The position numbers were made by a program, and so were the translations under genes. A stretch of 64,000 nt of DNA from the NCBI GenBank assembly GCA_963674745.2, contig CAXXDV010000003.1, positions 2,624,001 to 2,688,000 of the forward strand, in the 5' to 3' direction. The first letter of the stretch is position 1. Each line of letters starts with the position of its first letter. This DNA is from Desulfosudaceae bacterium. Lineage in GTDB: Bacteria; Desulfobacterota; Desulfobacteria; Desulfobacterales; Desulfosudaceae. Positions 8,938 through 18,735 of the stretch are shown here, one piece after another. The notes beneath the pieces are model-generated. The model was not told the origin of the DNA, did no database searches, and saw only the letters and a program-made list of their open reading frames with translations.

Positions 8938-10629
8938 ATGCTTTCCGATTCTGAAAAAAAAGAGCTGTGTCATATCGTCGGTGATCGCTGGGTGAGTACC
9001 GCCCCCTGCATGATGGACACCTACGCCTTTTATATGAATCCTGAAGTACTGATTAAGGACGGGGGCCGTTGGGCCCCGCGGCCGGACGCGGTTGTACTGC
9101 CGGAATCGACCGGGGAGGTCCAGGCGATTGTGCGATACTGCAACCAGACCGACCTGATGGTAAAGCCACTTTCCACGGGATTCGGCACCTGGGCGGCCGC
9201 TTCCCGGGAAAGGGTCATTGTCCTTGACTTAAAACGCATGAATAAAATCATATCCATCGACAAAAAAAACCAGATCGCGGTGATCGAACCCTATGTCCGG
9301 GCCATTGACCTGCAGACCGAGTTGATGCGGCATGGCCTGAACGTTCATGTGGTTTCCTGCGGCGGTAACCATTCCGTTCTGGCCTCGACCGTCGCCGCCT
9401 GGGGATACGGCCTGACCGGGATTTCCATGGGATACAGCGGACGGAATCTTCTGGGCGTAGAGTGGGTAATGCCCACCGGCGAAATTTACCGCCTCGGCAG
9501 TGCCGGCGACAGCGACCACTGGTTTTCCGCCGATGGTCCCGGGCCATCCCTGCGGGGCATATTACGCGGTTTCCAGGGCACCATGGGCGGATTGGGTGTG
9601 TTCACCAAGTGTGCCGTCAAGCTCTACAAGTGGGACGGCCCGCCCCGCTGGGCGGTTACCGGCGGTTCTCCGAATTATATCCTGAAACAGAAGCTTCCCC
9701 ATACGGCTTTCAACGCCCTGTCTTTCCCCTCGGCCCGGGCCATGCGTGAGGCCGGCTACCTGATGGGCGAGGCCGAACTGGAATATTCACAGTTTCGAAC
9801 GCCCATGTTCTTTACCACCCTGGGGCTGACCGACAATAATCGCGAGTTGAAAACCTTTCTGGAAAGCGGGCTCTTTCAAAAAGTAACCCGATACGTGCTG
9901 CTCAATGCGGTAATCGGCCATTCCCGACAGGAGTTCAAATGGAAAATGAAGGCCTTGAAAAAAATCCTCCGCCGCACAAAAGGTGTCCGGCTGATGATGA
10001 ACGTCAAGCCTTCGGCCTCACAGTTGCGCCTCATGGCCCCCCTGGTAGAACGCATAAAGGACCCTTTGTTCCTGCTAAGGCGTTTTCCTTTTCTTCAGGA
10101 GGTGATGGCCGCAATACCCTTTAACCGCAGGCAGGACATGGTGTCCTACTCCCGGATGTTCTGGTTACTGATCCGGCACGCCAACAACACCCAGGGCACC
10201 TTCCGGCCCTCCCAGGGCATGTTTACCACTCTTGGATCTTTTGACACCTGGGACCTGGGCGTTACCCAGTCGGACTGGATTGCCGAAGCTAAAAAAGAAT
10301 ACATCAAAAAAGGGCTGATCCTGGATGATGACGGGGATCTGGGCTGCGGCGGCCTGTTTGAAAACGGCCATCTCGGATATCTTGAGGGTATCGGCCTGTA
10401 TGACACCAAAAATCCGGCTTCGGTATTGGCCGCCGGTAAACTGGTCGAACAAGGTGTGGAAGCCGCTATCGATAACGCCATGGGGGTTCCCATCGCCGGC
10501 TTCGGACAGGAGATGAACAAACGTTTCGGTCCGGCGTGCCACAATTATCATCATTGGCTGGGCCGGATCAAACAGGTCCTTGACCCCCATGACGCTTCGG
10601 ACCCGTTTTTCTATTACAAGGAAGAATGA
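8938..10629 (+). CDS. FAD-binding oxidoreductase (VAO/GlcD superfamily)
   Basis: PDAVVLPESTGEVQAIV, LDLKRMNKI, NLLGVEWVMPTGEI, GTMGGLGVFTK, IKQVLDP. Confidence 0.85.
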   Translation: MLSDSEKKELCHIVGDRWVSTAPCMMDTYAFYMNPEVLIKDGGRWAPRPDAVVLPESTGEVQAIVRYCNQTDLMVKPLSTGFGTWAAASRERVIVLDLKRMNKIISIDKKNQIAVIEPYVRAIDLQTELMRHGLNVHVVSCGGNHSVLASTVAAWGYGLTGISMGYSGRNLLGVEWVMPTGEIYRLGSAGDSDHWFSADGPGPSLRGILRGFQGTMGGLGVFTKCAVKLYKWDGPPRWAVTGGSPNYILKQKLPHTAFNALSFPSARAMREAGYLMGEAELEYSQFRTPMFFTTLGLTDNNRELKTFLESGLFQKVTRYVLLNAVIGHSRQEFKWKMKALKKILRRTKGVRLMMNVKPSASQLRLMAPLVERIKDPLFLLRRFPFLQEVMAAIPFNRRQDMVSYSRMFWLLIRHANNTQGTFRPSQGMFTTLGSFDTWDLGVTQSDWIAEAKKEYIKKGLILDDDGDLGCGGLFENGHLGYLEGIGLYDTKNPASVLAAGKLVEQGVEAAIDNAMGVPIAGFGQEMNKRFGPACHNYHHWLGRIKQVLDPHDASDPFFYYKEE

Positions 10630-10651
10630 TGGCCCTCTTCCGGCCGGACGC

Positions 10652-11485
10652 TTATTTACCGAAAGTCTGGTCCACCCAGGCGCGGATTTCCGTGGCCACA
10701 TCTTCGGGAAGGGCTGACGAATTATCGCCGGTGGGAAAACGGCCCGCCGTCACGTCCTCCACGTAAGCGACGAAAATCTCCTCATACCGTTTGCCAAGAT
10801 CATCATAGGCTTTGGCATGCCTGAAGATACGATCGGAAAGCCCCAGGATATCGCAATAAACCTGGACCTGGCCGTCGCAATATTGACCGGCGCCGATCCC
10901 GATGGTGGGCATGGATACCAGGGCGGTAATTTCTTTAGCCAGAAGTTCGGGAATGAGCTCAAAAACGATCATGCCCGCGCCGGCCGCGTCCAGTTGCCGG
11001 GCGGCGTCGATCAGTTCCCTGGCGCGTTCGACGTCTTTGCCCTGCACAGCCGCCTGGCCGCGGGTCTGCGGCGTATAACCGATGTGGGCGCAGACTTCGA
11101 TACCGGCATCCACCACCTGCCGGATCAGATCAACCATGCTTTGTTCGCCTTCGATCTTGACGCTGTGGGCGCCCGCCTCAAGAAACCGCCGGGCGTTTTC
11201 CAGCGCCAGCTCCGGGGTATCGAAGGATTTATAAGGCATATCGGCCATCACGTGACCATTTTTGACGCCCCGGGCAACAGCCCGGACATGATGCAACATG
11301 TCATCCATGGTGACATCCAGTTCACTGGCATAGCCCAGCATATTCCGGCCCACACTGTCGCCGACCAGGGTGATGTCCACCCCGGCCCTATCCTGAAAAA
11401 CAGCGGTGGGAAAATCATAGGCCGTCAACATGGTAATTTTTCTACCCTGCTGTTTGTAGGTGTGAAAATCGGAAAGTTTTTTCAT
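10652..11485 (-). CDS. panB: 3-methyl-2-oxobutanoate hydroxymethyltransferase
   Basis: KITMLTAYD, LVGDS, ADMPY, VKIEG, AHIGYTPQ, PTIGIGAG, DGQVQV. Start set at MKKLSD (GGAGG RBS). Confidence 0.95.
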   Translation of the reverse strand: MKKLSDFHTYKQQGRKITMLTAYDFPTAVFQDRAGVDITLVGDSVGRNMLGYASELDVTMDDMLHHVRAVARGVKNGHVMADMPYKSFDTPELALENARRFLEAGAHSVKIEGEQSMVDLIRQVVDAGIEVCAHIGYTPQTRGQAAVQGKDVERARELIDAARQLDAAGAGMIVFELIPELLAKEITALVSMPTIGIGAGQYCDGQVQVYCDILGLSDRIFRHAKAYDDLGKRYEEIFVAYVEDVTAGRFPTGDNSSALPEDVATEIRAWVDQTFGK

Positions 11486-11574
11486 GGTTTCCTCCCTGAC
11501 CATCGGCTTGGTTGCGGATAATTGACGATTGATTTCAGTCTATCGCCGCTGCCGCTTTCCGTCAATAGAAATAG

Positions 11575-11835
11575 GGGGGTTAGGGTTGCAAAGTTTTAGG
11601 TTTTAATGCTACGTGTTACATGCCACGTCAGTAGATTTAACGTATTTATGTGATTAGGTGATTAAGTGATTAAGGTTTAGGTTCTGGGCATGCAGGCCAT
11701 CCGCAAATGTTGTAGGGGCGGCACTCTTTTCATACTTTATTCCGGTTCACGTTCTGCTACGCTTCACTGCCCGGAAAGACGAGTAGGATAACCACTTAAG
11801 CACCTAAACACTTAAACACATAATCATCTAAATCC
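11575..11835. repeat. Intergenic composite repeat: G/T-rich 8-mer tract, truncated GTAG REP, then A/C-rich complementary tract
   Basis: gtgattaggtgattaagtgattaagg, then tgcaggccatccgcaaatgttGTAGgggcggc (11691-11722), then accacttaagcacctaaacacttaaacacataatcatctaaa. Confidence 0.75.
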
Positions 11836-11897
11836 CTACCCCGGCATCAGGTTTTATGTTATAAAAGATCAGCTACGCAATATTAAGGGGGACAACC

Positions 11898-13091
11898 ATG
11901 GACCGTTTTCACGACTTTTCTTTTGACGCCTGCGAAGAATGCGGCCAGTGCCTTCAGCAATGCCCGGTTATGAGCCTGACAGAACAGGTGGCCATCGATG
12001 AAATCAAGCGCCTGAAAAAAGGAGAACCTACCCGGCACGTGTTGAAGAAATGCACCAGTTGTTTTGACTGCAACTTCGTCTGCAAAAACAACTGCAATCC
12101 GGCCCAGCTCATTCTGCAGCGCTGGAATGAAACCTACCGGGACAAAGGGCTGCCGGCCCGGGCCCGCTACTACGACCCCAACCATACCCCGAATTTCAGG
12201 ACTTACGTCCTGGATCGCCTGCCGGAAGACGAAAAAGAACTGGTCCAATCCTGGCGGAACATGGAACCGTGTGAAGAAATCTTCTACCCCGGATGCAACG
12301 TCATCACCGTACCCTACCTGACCCGTACCAGCCTGCTTGACGGCATGAACATCCGGGGGTCCCTGGACATGTGCTGCGGCGAAACCTATTACCGCATGGG
12401 CCTGTTTGACGAGCTGCAGAAAGTGGCTAAACGCCTGGAAGCATGGTTCAACGCCCTGGGCGTCAAGCGCATGATCATCCCCTGCACGGCCGGCCGGAAC
12501 ATGTTCACCAATGTTCTGCCCCGATTCGGCGTCAAATTTGATTTTGAAATTACCCACCTGCTGGAAATCCTGTGGCGGAAGGTCGAATCCGGCGAACTGA
12601 AATTTACCCGCCCGGTTAACCTGACCGTCACCATCCAGGAGTCCTGTTATGCCAAGATGTTCGGCGAAGAATACATGGACCTGCCGCGCAAACTCCTGGA
12701 AGCAGCCGGTGCCACGGTCATTGAGGAAGAGCTGCACGGCGAGTCCGCCCTGTGCTGCGGCATTGCCGGCGGGTTTTCTCCTCATTCCGGGTACCACCCC
12801 CTCGACATCACCCTGGCCACCATCCGCTCCCTGCGCCAGGCTCAGAAGACCCGGGCCGAAGCCGTCGCCACCTATTGCGCCGGCTGCCTCCAAATGCTGT
12901 CGGTGGGCAAAATCGCCTATCCCCTGGCCGGTCAGCCGATCTATCATCTGCTGGAAATCCTGCAGATGGCCATCGGAGAAACCCCGGCCCGGCTCAACCG
13001 CAAAAGAAGCTGGACCATGTTCACCGGCGTGGTCAAAAACCAGTTCCCCATGGTCCTGTCCCCGAAACGGCACAGGATCAACGTGGCATAA
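11898..13091 (+). CDS. CCG-domain Fe-S oxidoreductase (HdrD-like)
   Basis: CEECGQCLQQCP, CTSCFDCNFVC, YPGC, CCGE, QESC, CCG, YCAGC. Confidence 0.85.
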   Translation: MDRFHDFSFDACEECGQCLQQCPVMSLTEQVAIDEIKRLKKGEPTRHVLKKCTSCFDCNFVCKNNCNPAQLILQRWNETYRDKGLPARARYYDPNHTPNFRTYVLDRLPEDEKELVQSWRNMEPCEEIFYPGCNVITVPYLTRTSLLDGMNIRGSLDMCCGETYYRMGLFDELQKVAKRLEAWFNALGVKRMIIPCTAGRNMFTNVLPRFGVKFDFEITHLLEILWRKVESGELKFTRPVNLTVTIQESCYAKMFGEEYMDLPRKLLEAAGATVIEEELHGESALCCGIAGGFSPHSGYHPLDITLATIRSLRQAQKTRAEAVATYCAGCLQMLSVGKIAYPLAGQPIYHLLEILQMAIGETPARLNRKRSWTMFTGVVKNQFPMVLSPKRHRINVA

Positions 13092-13108
13092 AACCGGAGG
13101 CTGATGGC

Positions 13109-14542
13109 GTGAACACCCGAACAATATTCCGCTGGTTCAGACAGGATCTTTGCCTCATGTGCGGCCGCTGCCTTTCATCCTGCCCGGTCCTGGCCCTGCC
13201 TGAAGCCGTGGCCGTGGCCGAAAAAAAGCGCCTGATTTCCGACGTGCCGGATGCGTCCCTGCCATTCCGGTTCTGCACCACCTGCAATGTCTGTGACCTG
13301 GTCTGCCCTCAGAACGCCGCCCCCTACGAGCTGATTCTGGAATGCTATGACCGGCAGGCACATCAAAAAGGCCTGCCCTACATTGCCCGCATGGTCCTGC
13401 CCGACGCCCCGGAAAACATCTGGTCCGCCCTGCGGCCGTTGATGAGCGACCGGGAACGGAATCTGCTGGCCCAATGGAACGACAACCTTGGCAAAAAACA
13501 CGAAGCGGCCGTCCTGACCGGCTTTTACACCAACCTGGCGCCGTACCTGGCCGACCTGGGTATCGTCAGAAGCCTCGACCTGCCCATTGCCGGCAGTGAA
13601 GGGCTGTGGGGTTGCGGGGGGGATACCAACAAGATGGGACTGATCCGCCAGACCGAAGCCGTGATCGACCTGGTTGGCAACACCTTCCGCGATATGGGCC
13701 TGTCAAAAGCTTACTGCTTCATGCAGGCCGAAGCGGTCATGCTGACTGAAGTTCTGCCGCGCTTTTACGGCGCCAGGCTCGAAGTCGAGGCACGGCCCCT
13801 GGACGACCTGATTTCAGACAGGATTGATTCCGGCGACATCGAGATCACGCACCCGTTAAACATGACGGTCACCGTTCACGACAACTGTATGTCCCGCTAC
13901 CTGGGGGCAAAACCCCAGGATGTCATGCGGCATCTGATTACAAAATCCGGCTGCCGGATTGTGGAAATGGAACACAACCGCGACCGGGCCCTGTGCTGCG
14001 GCTGGGCCGCCACCATTCCCACCCTGTACGCCGGCACCGGCAACCCTTTTGCTACGGTCGGTTATCTGCTTTACAGCTTGAGGCGCCGCCTGACCGAAGC
14101 TGAAAATACCGGGTCCGAGGCCTTGGTCACCAGTTGCCCGGCCTGCTACCTGTTTCTGACCCTGATCAAAACCCTGACGAGCTCAACAATAGAGGTCTAT
14201 CACCTGCTGGAACTGGTCGACATAGCTGCCGGCGGTCGGCCGGAAAGAAAAACCGAAGAACGCTGCTGGGAAATCCTGGCCCACACCTCTACCATCATCC
14301 TCAACTGGATGGTGTCGGCTAAAAACAGGCGGTATTTTCCGCCACCGGAAATCGACCCCACCGTCGTTGCCCCCCCGCGACCGCAGTCAGCGACCGACGC
14401 CGCCCGCACAAAACAGTTTGCAGCCCTGTACAAAAGCAGGCTGACACAGAACCCGGTCGTGCGCAAACTCCTGGCCGCGGCCGTCAACGCAACCGCCCGG
14501 GTCTACGGTATCTGGCTGGAACGCCAGAAAAAGAACCGATAA
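13109..14542 (+). CDS. CCG-domain Fe-S oxidoreductase (HdrD-like), related to the upstream gene
   Basis: CLMCGRCLSSCP, CTTCNVCDLVCP, HDNC, CCG, SCPAC. Likely start is GTG 13109, 8 nt after GGAGG. Confidence 0.85.
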   Translation: MNTRTIFRWFRQDLCLMCGRCLSSCPVLALPEAVAVAEKKRLISDVPDASLPFRFCTTCNVCDLVCPQNAAPYELILECYDRQAHQKGLPYIARMVLPDAPENIWSALRPLMSDRERNLLAQWNDNLGKKHEAAVLTGFYTNLAPYLADLGIVRSLDLPIAGSEGLWGCGGDTNKMGLIRQTEAVIDLVGNTFRDMGLSKAYCFMQAEAVMLTEVLPRFYGARLEVEARPLDDLISDRIDSGDIEITHPLNMTVTVHDNCMSRYLGAKPQDVMRHLITKSGCRIVEMEHNRDRALCCGWAATIPTLYAGTGNPFATVGYLLYSLRRRLTEAENTGSEALVTSCPACYLFLTLIKTLTSSTIEVYHLLELVDIAAGGRPERKTEERCWEILAHTSTIILNWMVSAKNRRYFPPPEIDPTVVAPPRPQSATDAARTKQFAALYKSRLTQNPVVRKLLAAAVNATARVYGIWLERQKKNR

Positions 14543-14561
14543 AACACCCCCTCCCCGGATC

Positions 14562-15734
14562 TTACCGCGAGACTTCATCGTCAAGGCCGAGTGCCTTGGC
14601 ACGCGTTTTCCACAGTTTGCGGGCAAAAGCCCGCATGTCGTCAATTTTTTCAATTTCATCGACAATCTCGACGCCGATTAACGTCTCGATCAGGTCTTCC
14701 AGCGTCACCACCCCGCGGGTCTGGCCGTATTCGTCTACAACTATGGCGATATGCTGACGGTCCTTGAGGAAACTTTCGAGGAGCCTGGATACCGAAACCG
14801 TATCCGGAACCACCAGGATATCTCTTTTAAAGGATTTAAGCGGCAGATCCTCTTCTTCCTGCATTTTCTTAAACAGGGTCTCATCCCGGAGTACAAACCC
14901 GGTTATCTCGTCAATATTGTTCCTGTAAAGGGGCAGGCGTGAAAAGGGAATGTTGCTTATCTGCACCACGGCATCGGACACCGTCATGTCCTCGGGTAGG
15001 GCCGAAACGACCGTGCTGGGTGTCATAATATCCCTGGCCCGCAGGGATTCAAGGTGCAGCAGGTTCCGTATGATACGGGTTTCCGTGTTTTTGATGTCTC
15101 CGGTCAGCTCCCCCACCCGGGCCATGGCGACCAGCTCGTCGCGGCTGAAGATATGCATCTGTTTTCCGCGCGAGATGATTTTTGTCAACCGTTCGGACAA
15201 CCATACGATCGGGAAAAGCGTTACAATCAAAGCATAAACAAAAAGTGTGGTCAGTCCCGCCAGCCTCGACCAGTAAATGGCGCCAATGGTTTTGGGGATG
15301 ATTTCCGAAAAAAACAGGATCATCAATGTCATGACCGCGGAGAACAGACCGAACCAGGCACTGCCGAAAACCACTGCGGCTTTAGCGCCTGCCCCGATGG
15401 CACCGACGGTATGCGCGATCGTGTTCAGGGTTAAAATAGCCGCCAGCGACCGGTCGATGTCATCCTGCTTCAGGCGTTTTAACAGCACCGCCCCCTTGAC
15501 CCCTTTCTTCAATTGGTCTTCAATATAGGCGGGGGTCACACTCAACAGGACAGACTCGGCAATGGAACAGAGGAAGGACACCAGCAGTGCGATCAGTATA
15601 TAAATGACCAGCAACACCACATCGCTGTCGGCTGTTTCAACACCGGCCGCCGGCAGTTTTGGATCCAGTGCCAGGGCCGATCCGGTTAAAGATATCAGCC
15701 CGGTAAAAATTGCTATGGCCGTAATTTTATTCAA
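14562..15734 (-). CDS. CNNM/CorC-like DUF21 + tandem CBS domain protein
   Basis: SFLCSIAESVLLS, LTLNTIAHTVGA, SEIIPKTIG, DIMTP, FSRLPLY, VVDEYG..GVVTLEDLIE. Confidence 0.9.
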   Translation of the reverse strand: MNKITAIAIFTGLISLTGSALALDPKLPAAGVETADSDVVLLVIYILIALLVSFLCSIAESVLLSVTPAYIEDQLKKGVKGAVLLKRLKQDDIDRSLAAILTLNTIAHTVGAIGAGAKAAVVFGSAWFGLFSAVMTLMILFFSEIIPKTIGAIYWSRLAGLTTLFVYALIVTLFPIVWLSERLTKIISRGKQMHIFSRDELVAMARVGELTGDIKNTETRIIRNLLHLESLRARDIMTPSTVVSALPEDMTVSDAVVQISNIPFSRLPLYRNNIDEITGFVLRDETLFKKMQEEEDLPLKSFKRDILVVPDTVSVSRLLESFLKDRQHIAIVVDEYGQTRGVVTLEDLIETLIGVEIVDEIEKIDDMRAFARKLWKTRAKALGLDDEVSR

Positions 15735-15980
15735 AGGTCGTCTCGCAGGCGGTTCCTGTTTTGGATGTCCATTTTCTAACTTGGGCCGGATTTACCAAAA
15801 TGTCAAGAGTTCCCGTTTGCGTCGAAACATCTCGAACAGGGTCTATTTCAGGCATTTTCCCCGGTCAGGCCACCCGGATTTCAGCATCATGGCGGGCCGG
15901 AATCATATTGACAGGTTACGGCGTTTGGTATAGGTAAAGGCAAAAAACTGGCTGTTTATTCTTATTCCTTAAAATCCATT

Positions 15981-18287
15981 GTGGCCATGAAGTCCCTGAT
16001 TAAAAAAGGGCTGTTTGCCCTTGTCTGCCTGACCATCCTTGGTACGGGTCTGGGCGCGGCCTATTGCTGGTATCTTTCGGTAAACATTGAAACACGTTTT
16101 TCCGGACGAAAGTGGGAAATTCCCTCCACCGTCTATTCGGATACCTTTGTGCTTTTCCCGGGAAAAAGCGTGAGCCTTTCGTGCCTGGAAAAAAAACTGA
16201 AAAGGCTGGGTTATCGCAACACCGGACTGCGGCCGGAAAAAAAAGGCCAATACCTTATCAACGGCCGGGCCCTGGAGATTTTTTTCAAGGATCTGGATCT
16301 CCCGGACAATCACCGTCAAGGGTTTTTAGCCCGGATCACGTTGAGTCATGGCACGATCCGGGAGATGCAACGACTGGATACGGGCAAATCCCTGGCCCTG
16401 GCCGAGCTTGGCCCGGAAACCATTATGCAGTATTTCGGCCAAAAAAGAGAACTGCGACGGGTGGTCTCCCTGGAAACCATACCCGATCACCTGGAAAAAG
16501 CGGTCATTGCCATTGAAGACAGCCGCTTTTACAAACACTTCGGCATCGATCCCCGAGGCATTGCCCGGGCTTTTTACATCAATATCCGGCAGGGGGCCCT
16601 CCGTCAGGGTGGCTCCACCCTGACCCAGCAACTGGCCAAAAACTATTTTTTGACCCCGGAACGGACCTTCCGGCGAAAAATCAACGAAATGTTTTTTGCC
16701 CTGGCCATGGAATACAAGTACAGCAAGAATGAAATCCTGGAAATTTACTTAAATGAAATTTATTTCGGCCAGAAAGGCTCTGTCTCCATCAACGGCGTGG
16801 GTCAAGCCGCGGATTTTTATTTCGGCAAAAGCGTCAAACAGCTTTCCCTGGCCGAATGCGCCCTGCTGGCCGGTATTATCAAGGCACCCAACCTGTACTC
16901 GCCCTATTCTGACCCGGAAAGATGCGAACAGCGGCGGAACCTGGTGCTTTCAGCCATGTTTGACGAGGGCTTTATTTCCGCCAAAGAACTGGCGGCGGGT
17001 GTCAACGAACCGGTCCGTACCGCGGGCTACACGGGTTACAACCGCAACGCGCCCTATTTTCTGGATTATGTTTCAGCCCAGCTCCATGAATTGTATTCAG
17101 AAGCCATCCTGTCCAGCCAGGGATTCTCAATTTATACGACCCTGGACACAGACGTTCAGGCAGCCGCGGAAAAAGCCCTGGCCTTTGGATTGAACCGGCT
17201 GGAAGAGCAGATCCCGCCCGTACGACGGGCTGACCCGAAAAAGAAGCTCCAGGGTGCGGTGCTGGTCATCCAGCCCCGGACGGGCAATATCCTGGCCATG
17301 GTCGGCGGCCGGGATTACGGGGTCAGCCAGTTCAACCGCGTTACCCATGCCCGGCGCCAGCCGGGAAGCTGTTTCAAGCCGATTGTCACGTCCGTACTGC
17401 TGGACCGGTTCAAGCCTTCGGATCTGCTGTCCAACCAGGCCAGGGGCTATCCAGTCAATGGGGAGCAGTGGACACCGGACAACTTCGAGGACCTGCCACA
17501 AGCAGAGCTGTCCGTGCGGGACATGCTGAGATTGTCCTGCAACCGGGCGGCCGTGGACATGGTCATGCGAAGCGGGCTTGAGACCGTGGCCGGCCGGCTG
17601 CAGGTCTTTGATTTTTCCACGCCGTTGGCGCCCTACCCGTCGATCGCCCTGGGGGCTTTTGAGGTCATCCCTCTGGAACTGGCCCGGGCCTACTGCGCCT
17701 TTGCCGCCGACGGCATCCTGCCGTTTGCCCTGTCGGTCCGGGACGTTACCGATGAAAACGGGAACATCCTGGTGCGGCGGCATATGGATATCCGACCGGT
17801 GCTGTCTCCGGCCAAAGCCTTTGTCATCACATCCATGCTCGAATCGGTGGTTAACGACGGCACGGCGCGGTCCGTACGGCGGCTGGGCCTGGATTTTCCC
17901 CTGGCAGGCAAGACCGGCACTACCAACAACTACCGGGATGCCTGGTTTGTCGGGTATACCCCGGACTTCCTGGCCCTGGTATGGGTAGGGTTCGACAACG
18001 GAAATCCGGTGTACACCACCGGCGCGGGCGCGGCCATCCCCATTTTTGCCGAACTGGCCCGAAACATGCCCGGGTATATCTCTTTAAACAAATTTACAAT
18101 GCCGCCGGGTGTGGTAGAAAAAAAGGTGTGCAAAAAAAGCGGTGAACTGGCGGTTTTTTTAAAATGCCCGGACACGTACGAGGAATATTTCCTGGTTGAA
18201 AACCAGCCGCAAAAAGAATGTCATCTTCACGCCGAAACCGGTCCGTTGAAAAGGATTTTTAATGGGATCAAAGGCTTATTCAAATAA
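15981..18287 (+). CDS. mrcB: Penicillin-binding protein 1B (bifunctional transglycosylase/transpeptidase with UB2H-like insert)
   Basis: N-terminal TM; TG motifs AIEDSRFYKHFGID and GGSTLTQQLAKN; TP motifs SCFK, SCN and KTG. Confidence 0.88.
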   Translation: MAMKSLIKKGLFALVCLTILGTGLGAAYCWYLSVNIETRFSGRKWEIPSTVYSDTFVLFPGKSVSLSCLEKKLKRLGYRNTGLRPEKKGQYLINGRALEIFFKDLDLPDNHRQGFLARITLSHGTIREMQRLDTGKSLALAELGPETIMQYFGQKRELRRVVSLETIPDHLEKAVIAIEDSRFYKHFGIDPRGIARAFYINIRQGALRQGGSTLTQQLAKNYFLTPERTFRRKINEMFFALAMEYKYSKNEILEIYLNEIYFGQKGSVSINGVGQAADFYFGKSVKQLSLAECALLAGIIKAPNLYSPYSDPERCEQRRNLVLSAMFDEGFISAKELAAGVNEPVRTAGYTGYNRNAPYFLDYVSAQLHELYSEAILSSQGFSIYTTLDTDVQAAAEKALAFGLNRLEEQIPPVRRADPKKKLQGAVLVIQPRTGNILAMVGGRDYGVSQFNRVTHARRQPGSCFKPIVTSVLLDRFKPSDLLSNQARGYPVNGEQWTPDNFEDLPQAELSVRDMLRLSCNRAAVDMVMRSGLETVAGRLQVFDFSTPLAPYPSIALGAFEVIPLELARAYCAFAADGILPFALSVRDVTDENGNILVRRHMDIRPVLSPAKAFVITSMLESVVNDGTARSVRRLGLDFPLAGKTGTTNNYRDAWFVGYTPDFLALVWVGFDNGNPVYTTGAGAAIPIFAELARNMPGYISLNKFTMPPGVVEKKVCKKSGELAVFLKCPDTYEEYFLVENQPQKECHLHAETGPLKRIFNGIKGLFK

Positions 18288-18297
18288 GACATGGAAA

Positions 18298-18735
18298 ATG
18301 ACGGCCGGCGCGGGGTTGTTTCTGGCGGCCATGTTGATGCTGGCCGCCTGTGCCGGGGTCACGCCGCCGCCGGAGACCGGGACAGGCCTGCCCGCGCCCG
18401 GCATGGTGCCCCCGCCCGACCCGTTTCGGCAGGCCGATGAATCCAGAGCCCGGGCCGCTCACAGCCTGGTACGGGAGGGATACGAACTGCTGGTCGGCAA
18501 CAGTTTTGACGGCGCCATCCGGGTGCTGGAGCGGGCCGTGGGCATCAACCCGGCCGACGGCCAGGGTTATTTTTACCTGGCAGCGGCCTGGCTGGGCAAA
18601 GGCAATTTTGATTTGGCGGCCCGGTTCAACGATCTGGCCGGAATGTATTTAAGAGATGATAAAACATGGTCCCGACAGGTGGGGCGACAGAAAGAGCGGA
18701 TACAAAAGGGTCAGGCACGGTCGCGGGCGGAATAG
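18298..18735 (+). CDS. TPR lipoprotein, LpoP-like candidate PBP1B activator
   Basis: Lipobox LAAC, Pro-rich linker, TPR motif AIRVLERAVGINPADGQGYFYLA; immediately downstream of mrcB. Confidence 0.7.
   Translation: MTAGAGLFLAAMLMLAACAGVTPPPETGTGLPAPGMVPPPDPFRQADESRARAAHSLVREGYELLVGNSFDGAIRVLERAVGINPADGQGYFYLAAAWLGKGNFDLAARFNDLAGMYLRDDKTWSRQVGRQKERIQKGQARSRAE

Noticed and set aside
11883..13124. 413-aa minus-strand ORF, and the 12752 upstream extension of the second CCG gene
   Set aside because: Shadow frames of a well-supported GC-rich gene; the real second gene starts near 13109 after a GGAGG RBS.
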